DNA of 52,952 nt, taken from a virus. Its lineage: Duplodnaviria > Caudoviricetes. The DNA is taken from positions 1 through 52,952 of IMG/VR virus record IMGVR_UViG_3300027833_000068. One strand, written 5' to 3'. The position numbers were made by a program, and so were the translations under genes. Of this stretch, positions 37,979 through 47,326 are shown one piece after another (position 1 is the stretch's first letter; every line of letters starts with the position of its first letter). The notes beneath the pieces were generated by a model that searched no databases, had not been told where the DNA came from, and saw only the letters and a program-made list of their open reading frames with translations.

Positions 37979-39727
37979 ATGAGCTGGAAAAAATATTTTA
38001 CACCAGTACCAACGGGTACTAACGCAGAAGGCAGCTATAGTCCCTTCAGCGGCTATAATGGTGGTATGCAACCAGGTCCTGCAACAAAAAATTATAACTC
38101 ACACTTACCAGATGTGTATGTTGGTAGTCCAAATCGTGTTGAGCGTTACGGTCAATACAATACAATGGACAGCGATTCGGAAGTTAATGCGGCACTAGAC
38201 ATACTTGCTGAGTTTTGCACACAAAAGAATGAACAAAACGGTACTAACTTTACTTTAGAGTTCAAACAAAAAGCAACAAACTCCGAAACAACTATTTTAG
38301 CAAAGTATCTACAGCAATGGTGTAAACTTAACAAGTTCGAAACACGTATGTTTAGGCTAATACGTAATGCATTTAAGTACGGAGATCAAATTTTTGTTAG
38401 AGATCCAGAAACTAAAAAGTTATACCATGTAGATACAGCAAACCTAACAAAAATTATTGTTAACGAATCAGAAGGCAAGACTCCTGAGCAATATATCATC
38501 AAAGATTTTAATTTAAACTTTGGTGAAATGGTAGCAACTACTCCGCATCAGACAAATGGTCAAACAAATAATGGTGGCGCAGGCAGTTATCAAAGTGCAA
38601 GTGCTGGTAAAGGCTTTATAGGAAGTCAGCAAGGTAGCCAAGCAGGCACACGTTGGAGTAGAGAAGAGTCGGAAATAGCAGTTGATGCTGATCATATTGT
38701 ACACCTTAGTATGAGTGAAGGCTTAGACAACAACTATCCATTTGGTAATTCGTTATTAGAAACAATTTTTAAAGTATACAAGCAAAAAGAACTATTAGAA
38801 GACGCAATCATTATATACAGAGTACAACGTGCTCCTGAAAGACGTGTTTTTTATGTTGATGTTGGTAACATGCCAAGTCACCTTGCTATGCAATTCGTAG
38901 AACGTGTTAAAACAGAGATACACCAAAGACGTATTCCAAGCCAATCAGGCGGGGGTACCAATGTTATAGACAGTAGTTACAACCCGTTAAGTATTAATGA
39001 AGACTATTTCTTTCCGCAAACAGCAGAAGGACGTGGTTCTAAAGTAGAAACGTTACCAGGTGGTACAAATTTAGGAGAAATTGATGACCTTAGATATTTT
39101 ACTAATAAGCTCGTACGCGGTTTACGAATTCCTAGCTCATACTTGCCTACAGGGGCTGAAGATGCAAGTAGTCAGTACAATGATGGTAGAGTCGGAACAG
39201 CATATATACAAGAATTAAGGTTCAATACTTACTGTGAACGCTTACAAGGCATGCTTGTTGAAGAATTTGACCAAGAATTTAAGAAATATTTGTTAGAAAA
39301 GGGTGTAAACGTTGATACTTCAATGTTTGACCTAGTTTTCCAGCCTCCACAGAACTTTGCATCGTACAGACAGTCAGAAGTAGACAATGCTCGTGTACCA
39401 ACTTACACACAAATGAGTGCAATACCTTATATTAGTAATAGATTTGCTCTAAAACGCTTCTTAGGCATGACAGATGAAGAAATTGCAGAGAATGAACGTA
39501 TGTGGAGAGAAGAAAATGATGAAAATCTTGAAACTCCAGCAACAGATGCTGCAGGCGAAATGCGCGGTGGTGGCATATCAGGAGCAGGTATGGATGCAGA
39601 CCTAGGCGGAATAGAAGATGAAGATACTTCTGTACCGACAGAAGATGGCGGAGAAGCAACACCGCCAGAAACAACAACAGGAGCCGAACTTGGTGGCGGA
39701 GCAGCAACAACGGACCAAACGGTATAA
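37979..39727 (+). CDS. gp20: Portal protein
   Basis: LLEDAIIIYRVQRAPERRVFYVDVGNMP, EDYFFP, VETLPGG, LRIPSSYL: T4 gp20 signatures. Confidence 0.96.
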   Translation: MSWKKYFTPVPTGTNAEGSYSPFSGYNGGMQPGPATKNYNSHLPDVYVGSPNRVERYGQYNTMDSDSEVNAALDILAEFCTQKNEQNGTNFTLEFKQKATNSETTILAKYLQQWCKLNKFETRMFRLIRNAFKYGDQIFVRDPETKKLYHVDTANLTKIIVNESEGKTPEQYIIKDFNLNFGEMVATTPHQTNGQTNNGGAGSYQSASAGKGFIGSQQGSQAGTRWSREESEIAVDADHIVHLSMSEGLDNNYPFGNSLLETIFKVYKQKELLEDAIIIYRVQRAPERRVFYVDVGNMPSHLAMQFVERVKTEIHQRRIPSQSGGGTNVIDSSYNPLSINEDYFFPQTAEGRGSKVETLPGGTNLGEIDDLRYFTNKLVRGLRIPSSYLPTGAEDASSQYNDGRVGTAYIQELRFNTYCERLQGMLVEEFDQEFKKYLLEKGVNVDTSMFDLVFQPPQNFASYRQSEVDNARVPTYTQMSAIPYISNRFALKRFLGMTDEEIAENERMWREENDENLETPATDAAGEMRGGGISGAGMDADLGGIEDEDTSVPTEDGGEATPPETTTGAELGGGAATTDQTV

Positions 39728-39730
39728 ATA
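39723..39730 (+). promoter_or_regulatory. T4-type late promoter TATAAATA
   Basis: Exact match overlapping the portal stop codon. Confidence 0.6.
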
Positions 39731-39734
39731 CAAT

Positions 39735-39986
39735 ATGATACTTAGAGAACTATTTTACTTTGACCCAGAAACAATTGAGCCTGTAAACAATAAAGGTTAC
39801 GAGCCTCAACACGATGAGTCCCCAGTTAAAGCAACTGACACTAGAAAGACTAGACTAACACTAGGCCAAATCAATAGAATTCGTAAAGCATCCGAATTAC
39901 ATCAAGAAGAAATAACAAATGAATTAGATTTTGTTAGACAGATGTACGGAATAGCAGCACAAGCGGAGGCCGGCGGTGCTATTTAA
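39735..39986 (+). CDS. Small hypothetical head-module protein (83 aa)
   Basis: More plausible start ATG 39735 (MILRELFYFD...) than 39618, which overlaps the portal gene; contains DTRKTRLTLGQINRIRK. Confidence 0.7.
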   Translation: MILRELFYFDPETIEPVNNKGYEPQHDESPVKATDTRKTRLTLGQINRIRKASELHQEEITNELDFVRQMYGIAAQAEAGGAI

Positions 39987-40705
39987 TGGCAAAAATAGAT
40001 AAATCTCTATACACCAAACAAGAATGGCTTGTTATACGCAACCAACGAAGACTCCAAAAGCAATTACAAAAACAAAAAGAACATATATCAAACTCTGTAT
40101 CTAATAAAGATAACAGCGTTGCTTTTGTATTAGGTAACGGCACTAGCAGATCTGTTATAGAGCCAGAATCATTATTAGAATTAGGTACTGTCTACGGTTG
40201 TAATGCTTTATACAGGACGTTTTCTCCAGACTACTTAATAGCAGTAGATGTAAAAATGATACTAGAGCTTAGTAAAAGCGGTTATCAAAATAATAACAAA
40301 GTATGGACTAATCATAATAATGCATTTACAGCAATAAAGAATGTAAATTATTTTCAACCTAGTAAAGGTTGGAGTAGTGGCCCAACAGCGTTGTGGTTAG
40401 CAGCAGAACACGGATATGATGATATTTATATATTAGGATTTGACTTTGCAGGTCTTGAGAACAATAGTAAATTAAATAACATATATGCTGGCACAAAAAA
40501 CTATAAAAGAAGCAACGAAGGTGCTACTTTCTACGGTAATTGGCTACGACAAACTAAAACTGTTATAAGAGATAACAAGAAAATTAACTTCCATCGAGTT
40601 ATAGCATCTGATAATTATAAACCAGATGAACTAAATACTTTTGAGAACTTTAACACAATAGAGCTTGGAGATTTCCAAAAAATCTTCAGTTTTCCCCAGA
40701 TATAA
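39986..40705 (+). CDS. MptE/Maf(DUF115)-like or sialyltransferase-like nucleotide-binding protein
   Basis: AFVLGNGTSR, YGCNALYR...PDYLIAVD, SSGPTALWLA, IYILGFDF motif series. Confidence 0.65.
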   Translation: MAKIDKSLYTKQEWLVIRNQRRLQKQLQKQKEHISNSVSNKDNSVAFVLGNGTSRSVIEPESLLELGTVYGCNALYRTFSPDYLIAVDVKMILELSKSGYQNNNKVWTNHNNAFTAIKNVNYFQPSKGWSSGPTALWLAAEHGYDDIYILGFDFAGLENNSKLNNIYAGTKNYKRSNEGATFYGNWLRQTKTVIRDNKKINFHRVIASDNYKPDELNTFENFNTIELGDFQKIFSFPQI

Positions 40706-40747
40706 ACAAAATGGCTCGTTTTGAGCCTGTTTGACCACACATTCTTG

Positions 40748-40755
40748 CATAAATA
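40748..40755 (+). promoter_or_regulatory. Putative late promoter CATAAATA
   Basis: Upstream of the head core operon. Confidence 0.6.
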
Positions 40756-40809
40756 GTAAATACAAATGACAGCCTTACCATAGGTAAATACTTTTATAGG
40801 AGAAAAGAA

Positions 40810-41784
40810 ATGGCAGATAAAAATAAGTTCGAAGAAATGCTCGAACGTCTTGTTAATGAAGACAAGGCCGGCGCAGAAGAACTATTCCACGATATTGTTG
40901 TAGAGAAGTCAAGAGACATCTATGCAAGTCTAATTGAATCAGATATTGAAATCGAAGAAGACGATACAGAAGTAGAAGAAACTACTGATGAAGAAGTTGA
41001 CGAAGCAACTGATGAAGAAGTTGATGAAACAACTGATGAAGAAACAAACGAAAATTTTGACCTAGACGAATTTGAAGTTGAAGCAGACCCAATGGACATG
41101 GGCGGCGATCCAACTGACGATATGATGGGTGACATCGAAGCAGGTGATGACGAAGGTGAAGAAGGCGAAGAAGAAGGCGACATTGAAGATCGTGTTGTAG
41201 ACCTTGAAGACGCATTAGACGACCTAAAATCAGAATTTGAAAAAATGATGGGTGACGAAGAAGGCGAAGGCGATGAAGAAGGTGATGATGAACCTGAAGA
41301 AGAAGCATTTGCATTTGAAGCAACTGATGAAGAAGTTGACGAAGCCTCCGACGAGGAAGTTGACGAAGCTTCAGACGAAGAAGTTGATGAAGCTTCAGAC
41401 GAAGAAGTTGAAGAGTCATCAAAGTCAGACAGAGAACAAATGCGTGAGTACGTCGATAAAGTAGCAGGCGGACACGGCGCAGAGAAAAAAAGCACAGGCG
41501 ATAATGGAGACAGCGGTAAGTCACCAGTAGCAAGTGCAAATAACATGGGTGGCACATCAGCTAACATCTTAAAAGGTGGAGAAGCAGGTAGTGGCGACCA
41601 TGCTGGTTTAGGCGATTTAAACGCTAAAGACCAAGATGGCGGAAACATCAATGTACCAGGCGGTAAAGCGTCTAAAGCTGGCAAATCAGAGCCAGGACAC
41701 GGTGCAGAGAAAAAAGGGAAGCCAGAACAAGCCGATAAAGGTGCAGGTTCACCATTAAACGGCGCTCCTAAAAGAGCAAAATAA
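40810..41784 (+). CDS. Highly acidic prohead core/scaffold-associated protein
   Basis: Asp/Glu-rich with tandem DEEVDEAT repeats; strong AGGAG SD; sits between portal and protease like T4 gp67/gp68. Confidence 0.7.
   Translation: MADKNKFEEMLERLVNEDKAGAEELFHDIVVEKSRDIYASLIESDIEIEEDDTEVEETTDEEVDEATDEEVDETTDEETNENFDLDEFEVEADPMDMGGDPTDDMMGDIEAGDDEGEEGEEEGDIEDRVVDLEDALDDLKSEFEKMMGDEEGEGDEEGDDEPEEEAFAFEATDEEVDEASDEEVDEASDEEVDEASDEEVEESSKSDREQMREYVDKVAGGHGAEKKSTGDNGDSGKSPVASANNMGGTSANILKGGEAGSGDHAGLGDLNAKDQDGGNINVPGGKASKAGKSEPGHGAEKKGKPEQADKGAGSPLNGAPKRAK
40984..41043 (+). repeat. 24-bp coding tandem repeat (~2.5 copies, TDEEVDEA)
   Basis: actgatgaagaagttgaYgaaRca units. Confidence 0.85.
41317..41412 (+). 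repeat. 24-bp coding tandem repeat (4 copies, EA[T/S]DEEVD)
   Basis: gaagcNNcNgaYgaRgaagttgaN units. Confidence 0.85.
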
Positions 41785-41794
41785 GGGAAACTGA

Positions 41795-42430
41795 ATGCAA
41801 AACTTTCTAAGAGAGCATCTGACATTTGACCAAGCGAATATGGTCGTTGAGTCTGCTGAAAATTCCAATGGAGGAAAAGACTTATACCTAAAAGGTATTT
41901 GTATACAAGGCGGTGTGCGTAATGCTAACCAACGTGTTTATCCTGTAAACGAAATTGGCAGGGCTGTCAAAACTCTTAATGACCAAATCCAGGGAGGATA
42001 TAGTGTTCTTGGAGAAGTTGATCATCCAGAAGGCCTTAACATTAACCTAGACCGTGTATCACACATGATTACTGAAACGTGGATGGACGGACCTAACGGT
42101 TATGGTAAATTAAAAGTATTACCAACCCCAATGGGACAACTAGTGCAGACAATGCTGGAAAGCGGCGTCAAGCTAGGTGTTTCATCTAGGGGCTCTGGTA
42201 ACGTAAGTGAAGACGGTAGCGGAAACGTTAGCGACTTCGAAATTATTACAGTGGACGTTGTTGCACAACCAAGTGCACCAGGTGCGTACCCAACGCCAAT
42301 TTACGAACACTTGATGAACACCCGCGGAGGGTACCAGGCATTTGAACTAGCACAGGCAACTAAAGAAGACACCAAGGCACAAAAATATTTAAAAGAGAGC
42401 TTATTAGGAATAATAAGCGGGCTCCGATAA
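41795..42430 (+). CDS. gp21: Prohead protease
   Basis: NANQRVYP, GEVDHP, LDRVSH, GVSSRGSG, DVVAQPSAPGA: gp21 catalytic motifs. Confidence 0.95.
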   Translation: MQNFLREHLTFDQANMVVESAENSNGGKDLYLKGICIQGGVRNANQRVYPVNEIGRAVKTLNDQIQGGYSVLGEVDHPEGLNINLDRVSHMITETWMDGPNGYGKLKVLPTPMGQLVQTMLESGVKLGVSSRGSGNVSEDGSGNVSDFEIITVDVVAQPSAPGAYPTPIYEHLMNTRGGYQAFELAQATKEDTKAQKYLKESLLGIISGLR

Positions 42431-42444
42431 CTGAGGAGAATAAT

Positions 42445-43542
42445 ATGTTGGAAGCATTAAAATCACTCTTCGAGAGCAGCGCACTTTCAGAAGAAGTACA
42501 AGCAGAAATACAAGAAGCATGGGACGCGAAGATCACTGAGAATCGCCAACTTGCTACCGCTGAACTTCGTGAAGAATTCGCAAAGAAATACGAGCATGAC
42601 AAATCTACGATGGTGGAAGCTATTGATAGTATGTTGTCAGAAAAATTAGCAGAAGAAATTGCTGAATTTTCAGATGATCGTAAACAACTTGCTGAGGCAA
42701 AAGCAAAATATGCAATAGCAATGCGTGAAAACGCAGACCTAATGCAAAAATTTGTAATGGAAACTCTTGGTAAAGAAGTTGGTGAATTACACGAAGACAA
42801 GAAGGCAATGGCATCTAAGTATGCACAGCTTGAGGAATTTGTAATAGAAGCTCTTTCTAAAGAAATTGCAGAGTTCTACGAAGACAAAAAAGATTTAGCA
42901 GAAACGAAAGTACGTTTAGTACGTGAAGCTAAAGAACACTTCAAGAAAGTTAAAACTAACTTTGTTGAAAGAAGTGCAACCGCTGTATCTGAAACTGTTG
43001 ATAAGGTCCTTAAAGGGGAAATTACACAACTTAAAGAAGATATTGAAGAAGCACGAAGAAACGATTTTGGTCGCAAAATATTTGAAGCATTCAGTAATGA
43101 ATATTCAGGTAGCTACCTAAATGAAAAAAGCGAAAGTGCCCAGCTATTGAAAGTTGTTGAGTTGAAAAACAAACAACTAGCAGAAGCAAAAGCATTTGCT
43201 GCAAAAGCTAAAAACTTAGCAGAAGCTCAGGCAACTGAGAAGAAGCAAATAGTTGAAGCAGCAAGACGCGAAAGAACCATAAACGAATTGATTGCACCAT
43301 TAGGCAATGATCAACGCGACATTATGACTGACTTACTGGAAAGTGTACAAACTGATAGATTACAAAGATCTTTTGATAAGTACCTACCGTCTGTAATAGA
43401 TGGCCATACTCCAGCAAAGCGTAAGGCAAAAGTATTATCAGAGGCGAAAGAAATAACAGGCAACAGAGAAAAAACAACGACACATGTCAAAGCAGACGAA
43501 TCAAATGTATTAGATATACGCCGTCTAGCTGGATTAAATTAA
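42445..43542 (+). CDS. gp22: Prohead scaffolding/core protein
   Basis: Coiled-coil Glu/Lys/Ala-rich protein between protease and capsid genes. Confidence 0.85.
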   Translation: MLEALKSLFESSALSEEVQAEIQEAWDAKITENRQLATAELREEFAKKYEHDKSTMVEAIDSMLSEKLAEEIAEFSDDRKQLAEAKAKYAIAMRENADLMQKFVMETLGKEVGELHEDKKAMASKYAQLEEFVIEALSKEIAEFYEDKKDLAETKVRLVREAKEHFKKVKTNFVERSATAVSETVDKVLKGEITQLKEDIEEARRNDFGRKIFEAFSNEYSGSYLNEKSESAQLLKVVELKNKQLAEAKAFAAKAKNLAEAQATEKKQIVEAARRERTINELIAPLGNDQRDIMTDLLESVQTDRLQRSFDKYLPSVIDGHTPAKRKAKVLSEAKEITGNREKTTTHVKADESNVLDIRRLAGLN

Positions 43543-43549
43543 GGAGAAA

Positions 43550-44728
43550 ATGATGTCAGAACTATTAGAAAGTCGCTGGACAGAAACCAAAGACGCTCTT
43601 CTTGAAGGCCTAGACGGTAACAAGAAAAGTGTGATGGCTGCCACACTAGAAAACACTCGCAGATATTTGTCTGAGAGTGCAACAGCAGGTGCAACTTCAG
43701 CTGGTAACGTAGCAACACTTAACCGTGTTATCCTACCTGTTATCAGACGTGTTATGCCAACTGTTATTGCCAACGAATTAGTTGGTGTACAACCAATGAC
43801 TGGCCCAGTCGGTCAGATTCACACGTTACGTGTACGTTACGCAGATGCTTTTGATAGCGCAAACGGAACAGACACAACAGCTGGTGAAGAGGCATTAAGC
43901 CCATTTAAGATTGCTGAAGGCTATTCAGGCGCAGCGGACGATAAAGCAGCTCAAACAGCAGCTTTAGAAGGCCAAGCTGGACGTAAGTTAAGCATTCAAA
44001 TCTTAAAGCAAACTGTAGAAGCAAAGTCAAGAAAGCTATCAGCTAGATGGACTTTTGAAGCTGCACAGGATGCACAATCAATGCACGGTATTGACGTTGA
44101 AGCAGAAATTATGGCTGCTTTAGCACAAGAAATTACCGCTGAGATTGATCAAGAAGTTTTAGCAAGCCTTAACAGCCTAGCTGGTAATGCCGCTGAAACA
44201 TATGACCAAGCTGCTGTATCAGGTACAGCTACATTTGTTGGTGACGAGCATGCTGCATTAGCTGTTCAAATCAACCGTGTTGCTAACTTGATTGCACAGC
44301 GTACACGTAGAGGCGCAGGTAACTACGCCGTAGTTAGCCCATTTGCGTTAACAATTCTACAAAGTGCAACAACTTCTGCGTTCGCAAGAACAACTGAAGG
44401 TACTTTTGAAGCTCCAACTAACACTAAGATGGTTGGTACTTTGAACAATGCAATGAAAGTGTACGTTAACACTTACTCAGCTGATAACGCTGATGTACTT
44501 GTTGGTTATAAAGGAGCATCTGAATCAGACGCACCTGCATTCTATTGCCCATACATTCCATTAATGAGTAGTGGTGTTGTATTAGATCCGTCAACATTTG
44601 AACCAACTGTGTCATTTATGACACGTTACGGTTATGTTGAACTGTCTAACACAGCTTCGTCACTTGGTAATGCAGCAGATTACTTAGGTAAAGTTGCAAT
44701 TACTAATGGTAACGTTAGCTTTAGCTAA
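43550..44728 (+). CDS. gp23: Major capsid protein
   Basis: LVGVQPMTGPVGQI, VEAKSRKL.ARWT.EAAQD, ALAQEITAEID, FYCPYIPL, TRYG. Confidence 0.97.
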   Translation: MMSELLESRWTETKDALLEGLDGNKKSVMAATLENTRRYLSESATAGATSAGNVATLNRVILPVIRRVMPTVIANELVGVQPMTGPVGQIHTLRVRYADAFDSANGTDTTAGEEALSPFKIAEGYSGAADDKAAQTAALEGQAGRKLSIQILKQTVEAKSRKLSARWTFEAAQDAQSMHGIDVEAEIMAALAQEITAEIDQEVLASLNSLAGNAAETYDQAAVSGTATFVGDEHAALAVQINRVANLIAQRTRRGAGNYAVVSPFALTILQSATTSAFARTTEGTFEAPTNTKMVGTLNNAMKVYVNTYSADNADVLVGYKGASESDAPAFYCPYIPLMSSGVVLDPSTFEPTVSFMTRYGYVELSNTASSLGNAADYLGKVAITNGNVSFS

Positions 44729-44745
44729 GTTTTATTAAAACTGAG

Positions 44746-44773
44746 AAATAGGACCTTCGGGTCCTATTTTTTT
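44746..44773 (+). terminator. Rho-independent terminator after the capsid gene
   Basis: AAATAGGACC-TTCG-GGTCCTATTT plus T-run; cUUCGg tetraloop. Confidence 0.93.
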
Positions 44774-44801
44774 GACTTAAAGTCCTTTACTGTTTTAGAT
44801 T

Positions 44802-44809
44802 GATAAATA
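44802..44809 (+). promoter_or_regulatory. Putative late promoter GATAAATA
   Basis: Follows the terminator and precedes a structured leader. Confidence 0.65.
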
Positions 44810-44820
44810 CTATTGTCAAA

Positions 44821-44886
44821 TAGTGTGCCGCAAGGCGGACTTATGCTGTACCCACAGCGTAGCTCATAGAACGGGCATAGGACTAC
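44821..44886 (+). promoter_or_regulatory. Candidate structured 5' leader RNA
   Basis: GCC-GCAA-GGC GNRA hairpin, TATGCTGT-ACCC-ACAGCGTA stem, closing TAGT/ACTA, immediately before the SD. Confidence 0.5.
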
Positions 44887-44905
44887 TTTTTATAGGAGAA
44901 AAAAA

Positions 44906-45358
44906 ATGGGAAGACCACTTAATAAAAGATTTTTTGGACCAGCTACAGCAGATGGTAATGAAATCAAAGTAGACTTTTATAACGGTGCAGCCGTTGTTGA
45001 AGGCTATATCGTAAAGCAATTAGGATCTAAAAAGTTTCGTGTAGCGGCTATCGGTACACCAGCAACAACTTACGATCGTGTATTAACAACTGGTAAACTA
45101 CCAGCTGCGCTAACTGGCACAGAAATGTCCATTAGTGTAAAAGGTGATGACGGTGAAACTTATGGAGTAAGCAAAATTGCAGGACGTAAAGTAACACTAG
45201 CACAACCAAGTGCAACAGGTGCAAACGCATTAGATGGAACATCTATTTCGTGGAACTTTACAGCTAGTGATGGCGATTACGCTGTTGAAGTTGAAGAAGC
45301 TGGTGACGATGATACATTAATCGGAACTGACGATTCAGACTTTACTGAAAACGCATAA
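44906..45358 (+). CDS. Virion structural protein (possible head decoration protein)
   Basis: Strong SD, late promoter, directly downstream of gp23; function inferred from position only. Confidence 0.65.
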   Translation: MGRPLNKRFFGPATADGNEIKVDFYNGAAVVEGYIVKQLGSKKFRVAAIGTPATTYDRVLTTGKLPAALTGTEMSISVKGDDGETYGVSKIAGRKVTLAQPSATGANALDGTSISWNFTASDGDYAVEVEEAGDDDTLIGTDDSDFTENA

Positions 45359-45368
45359 GGAATAACTT

Positions 45369-46382
45369 ATGGACAAGTATCTTAGAGTAGCAGACGGCAA
45401 TTACAGAGTAGTTGTTAAGAGCGGTGGTAGAATTACACTAGACACAGGAACAGAAGTTGGTGATGTTTACATTACCGGCAACTTAACTGTTGAAGGCACG
45501 CAAACTACTCTAGATACTGTCAACAGTACAATTGAAGACAACATAATTGAACTAAACAAAGGCGAAACCGGAAATGGCATCACTAGAGATGGCTCTTCCG
45601 GTATTCGTGTTGATAGAGGAACAATTGAAGACGGCCAATGGCTGTTTGTCGAAAGTATAAATTGGACAGATACACAGAACAGTGGTACTACAGACTTAGG
45701 CGCATGGAGTGTAAGATCTCCAAGTGGAAGAGTAGGCGGTATCGAAACAGTAAGTATTGTAACACCGGGTGTTGATTTAAACCTAATGGGGCAATACAAT
45801 TTATCAGGTAACGTAACACCTAACCCTGGTATGTTAACTGTAAAAGGTACAGCTAGTTATGAAGCTAGAGTACTAGATGACGATCACATTCCAAATAAGA
45901 AATATGTTGACGACACGGTATCAAACTTCTTTGGAACTGTTGTTCCAAACAGAATACAAGTAGGCGACACTAAAGTACATGTATACGATAATTCAGTATC
46001 AGGACCAAGTAGAATTGAAACAGAAATAGACGGCACTCTTATACAAGATGTACGTCCAAATTATTCAGATCAATACGGTATTAGGATTGAACAAACTCTA
46101 TACGGTACTGAAATAAAAACACTTGGCACAAGTCAAGAAGACTTAATTTTAAGTGCAACAGGAACAGGACATGTTGTTGTTGATGATAATTTAAGACTAG
46201 GATATACACCGCATGAAGGCGTTGACGGTGTAACAGATCCAGTAGAACCATCAGACGGAATACTATTTTATGCTAAGCCGTCACAAGCTGCAGGAACAGG
46301 AATGTATTTCGTTAATGCAGAAAGTCAACGTGATGAAATAATAAGTAAAAATAGAGCATTAATTTTTAGTATGCTTTTTTAA
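45369..46382 (+). CDS. Virion structural/fibre-associated protein
   Basis: ITGNLTVEGTQTT...IEDNIIELNKGE...GIRVDRG and IPNKKYVD motifs common in phage fibre proteins. Confidence 0.7.
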   Translation: MDKYLRVADGNYRVVVKSGGRITLDTGTEVGDVYITGNLTVEGTQTTLDTVNSTIEDNIIELNKGETGNGITRDGSSGIRVDRGTIEDGQWLFVESINWTDTQNSGTTDLGAWSVRSPSGRVGGIETVSIVTPGVDLNLMGQYNLSGNVTPNPGMLTVKGTASYEARVLDDDHIPNKKYVDDTVSNFFGTVVPNRIQVGDTKVHVYDNSVSGPSRIETEIDGTLIQDVRPNYSDQYGIRIEQTLYGTEIKTLGTSQEDLILSATGTGHVVVDDNLRLGYTPHEGVDGVTDPVEPSDGILFYAKPSQAAGTGMYFVNAESQRDEIISKNRALIFSMLF

Positions 46383-46391
46383 GGAAACAAT

Positions 46392-46763
46392 ATGGCAATA
46401 GTAAATGAAGCAATAACTGATCAAGGCGGTGGCGACTACAGACACATTATGTTAACTGTGCCTGCAAATAAGTCATATGCTATTACAAATATTTTAATTT
46501 GTAACACATACGATCCAAGTGCAGCAAATCCAGAAAATGAAACTTGTGAATTTGATTTACATTTTGTCCCGGCAAGCGGATCATACAGTGATACAGTTAC
46601 TTCAGTAGTTAGAAGATTATCTCTACCTGCAGGAGAAACATTCACATTAGACACAGAAAAAGTTGTGATAGATGCGGGCGACAGTGTACAAGTTAACGGT
46701 GGACCTTCAGCAAGTGGTACAGGCAGATTAGCTTGTACAGTGAGTTATTTGGATATTACATAA
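46392..46763 (+). CDS. Small beta-rich virion protein
   Basis: Clean ORF with SD in the late operon. Confidence 0.65.
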   Translation: MAIVNEAITDQGGGDYRHIMLTVPANKSYAITNILICNTYDPSAANPENETCEFDLHFVPASGSYSDTVTSVVRRLSLPAGETFTLDTEKVVIDAGDSVQVNGGPSASGTGRLACTVSYLDIT

Positions 46764-47293
46764 TGAGATTACTCAAGGCACAAAATACAAATAGAAGAAC
46801 TATCTATGGTAGAGGTGTACAGTTTGATGTAGATGATCAAGTGTATATGGAATCTACTAACAGTATACGTGTGCCTAAAGGTACAACAGCTGAACGCCCT
46901 GCTAATCCTGAAAATGGACACTTTAGATATAATACAACAGATGATAGATTTGAAGTATACGAAGCTAGTGTATGGGCAGGCGTTAGAGGAGCAACACCTG
47001 TGCTTGTTGGAATTACACAACAAGGTTTAGGCAATGGCGATGCAACTGAAACTGTATTTGGACCATTAGCAAGCGGAGATCCTGAATTTCCTGTTCCAGT
47101 AGCCGCAGAGAATGTTTTAGTATTTGTTGAAAACGTATTTCAAATATCAACTACAAACTATACACTAGAACAAAGTGTAAGCGGTAACTTAACCGGCCCC
47201 GGCGCACCATATGCTGATGGTTGGTATCTTAAATTTACTTCCCCAGTAGACTTGGGCAAACCAGTAACAGTCCTACATAACTTCGATAAGTAA
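46763..47293 (+). CDS. Virion structural protein
   Basis: Likely start ATG 46763 (TAATG coupling); IRVPKGTTAERP...GHFRYNT...FEVY motif typical of phage fibre modules. Confidence 0.7.
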   Translation: MRLLKAQNTNRRTIYGRGVQFDVDDQVYMESTNSIRVPKGTTAERPANPENGHFRYNTTDDRFEVYEASVWAGVRGATPVLVGITQQGLGNGDATETVFGPLASGDPEFPVPVAAENVLVFVENVFQISTTNYTLEQSVSGNLTGPGAPYADGWYLKFTSPVDLGKPVTVLHNFDK

Positions 47294-47297
47294 ATCC

Positions 47298-47305
47298 TAT
47301 AAATA
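47298..47305 (+). promoter_or_regulatory. T4-type late promoter TATAAATA
   Basis: Exact match upstream of the AGGAG SD of the 47327 gene. Confidence 0.7.
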
Positions 47306-47326
47306 CTACTGTAGGAGAACAGTAAT

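Noticed and set aside
39618-39734. N-terminal extension of the 122-aa ORF
   Set aside because: Overlaps the portal C-terminus in another frame; ATG 39735 after TATAAATA is more plausible.
40704-40732. GGCTC-GTTTT-GAGCC hairpin as a special element
   Set aside because: Short stem, most simply a weak terminator after the transferase-like gene; insufficient evidence for more.
40984-41412. 24-bp repeats as a CRISPR array
   Set aside because: Tandem, in-frame, no spacers; variation mainly at synonymous positions.
40920-41825. Long antisense Ser-rich (301 aa) and Leu/His-rich ORFs
   Set aside because: Shadows of the GAA/GAC-rich acidic gene on the + strand.
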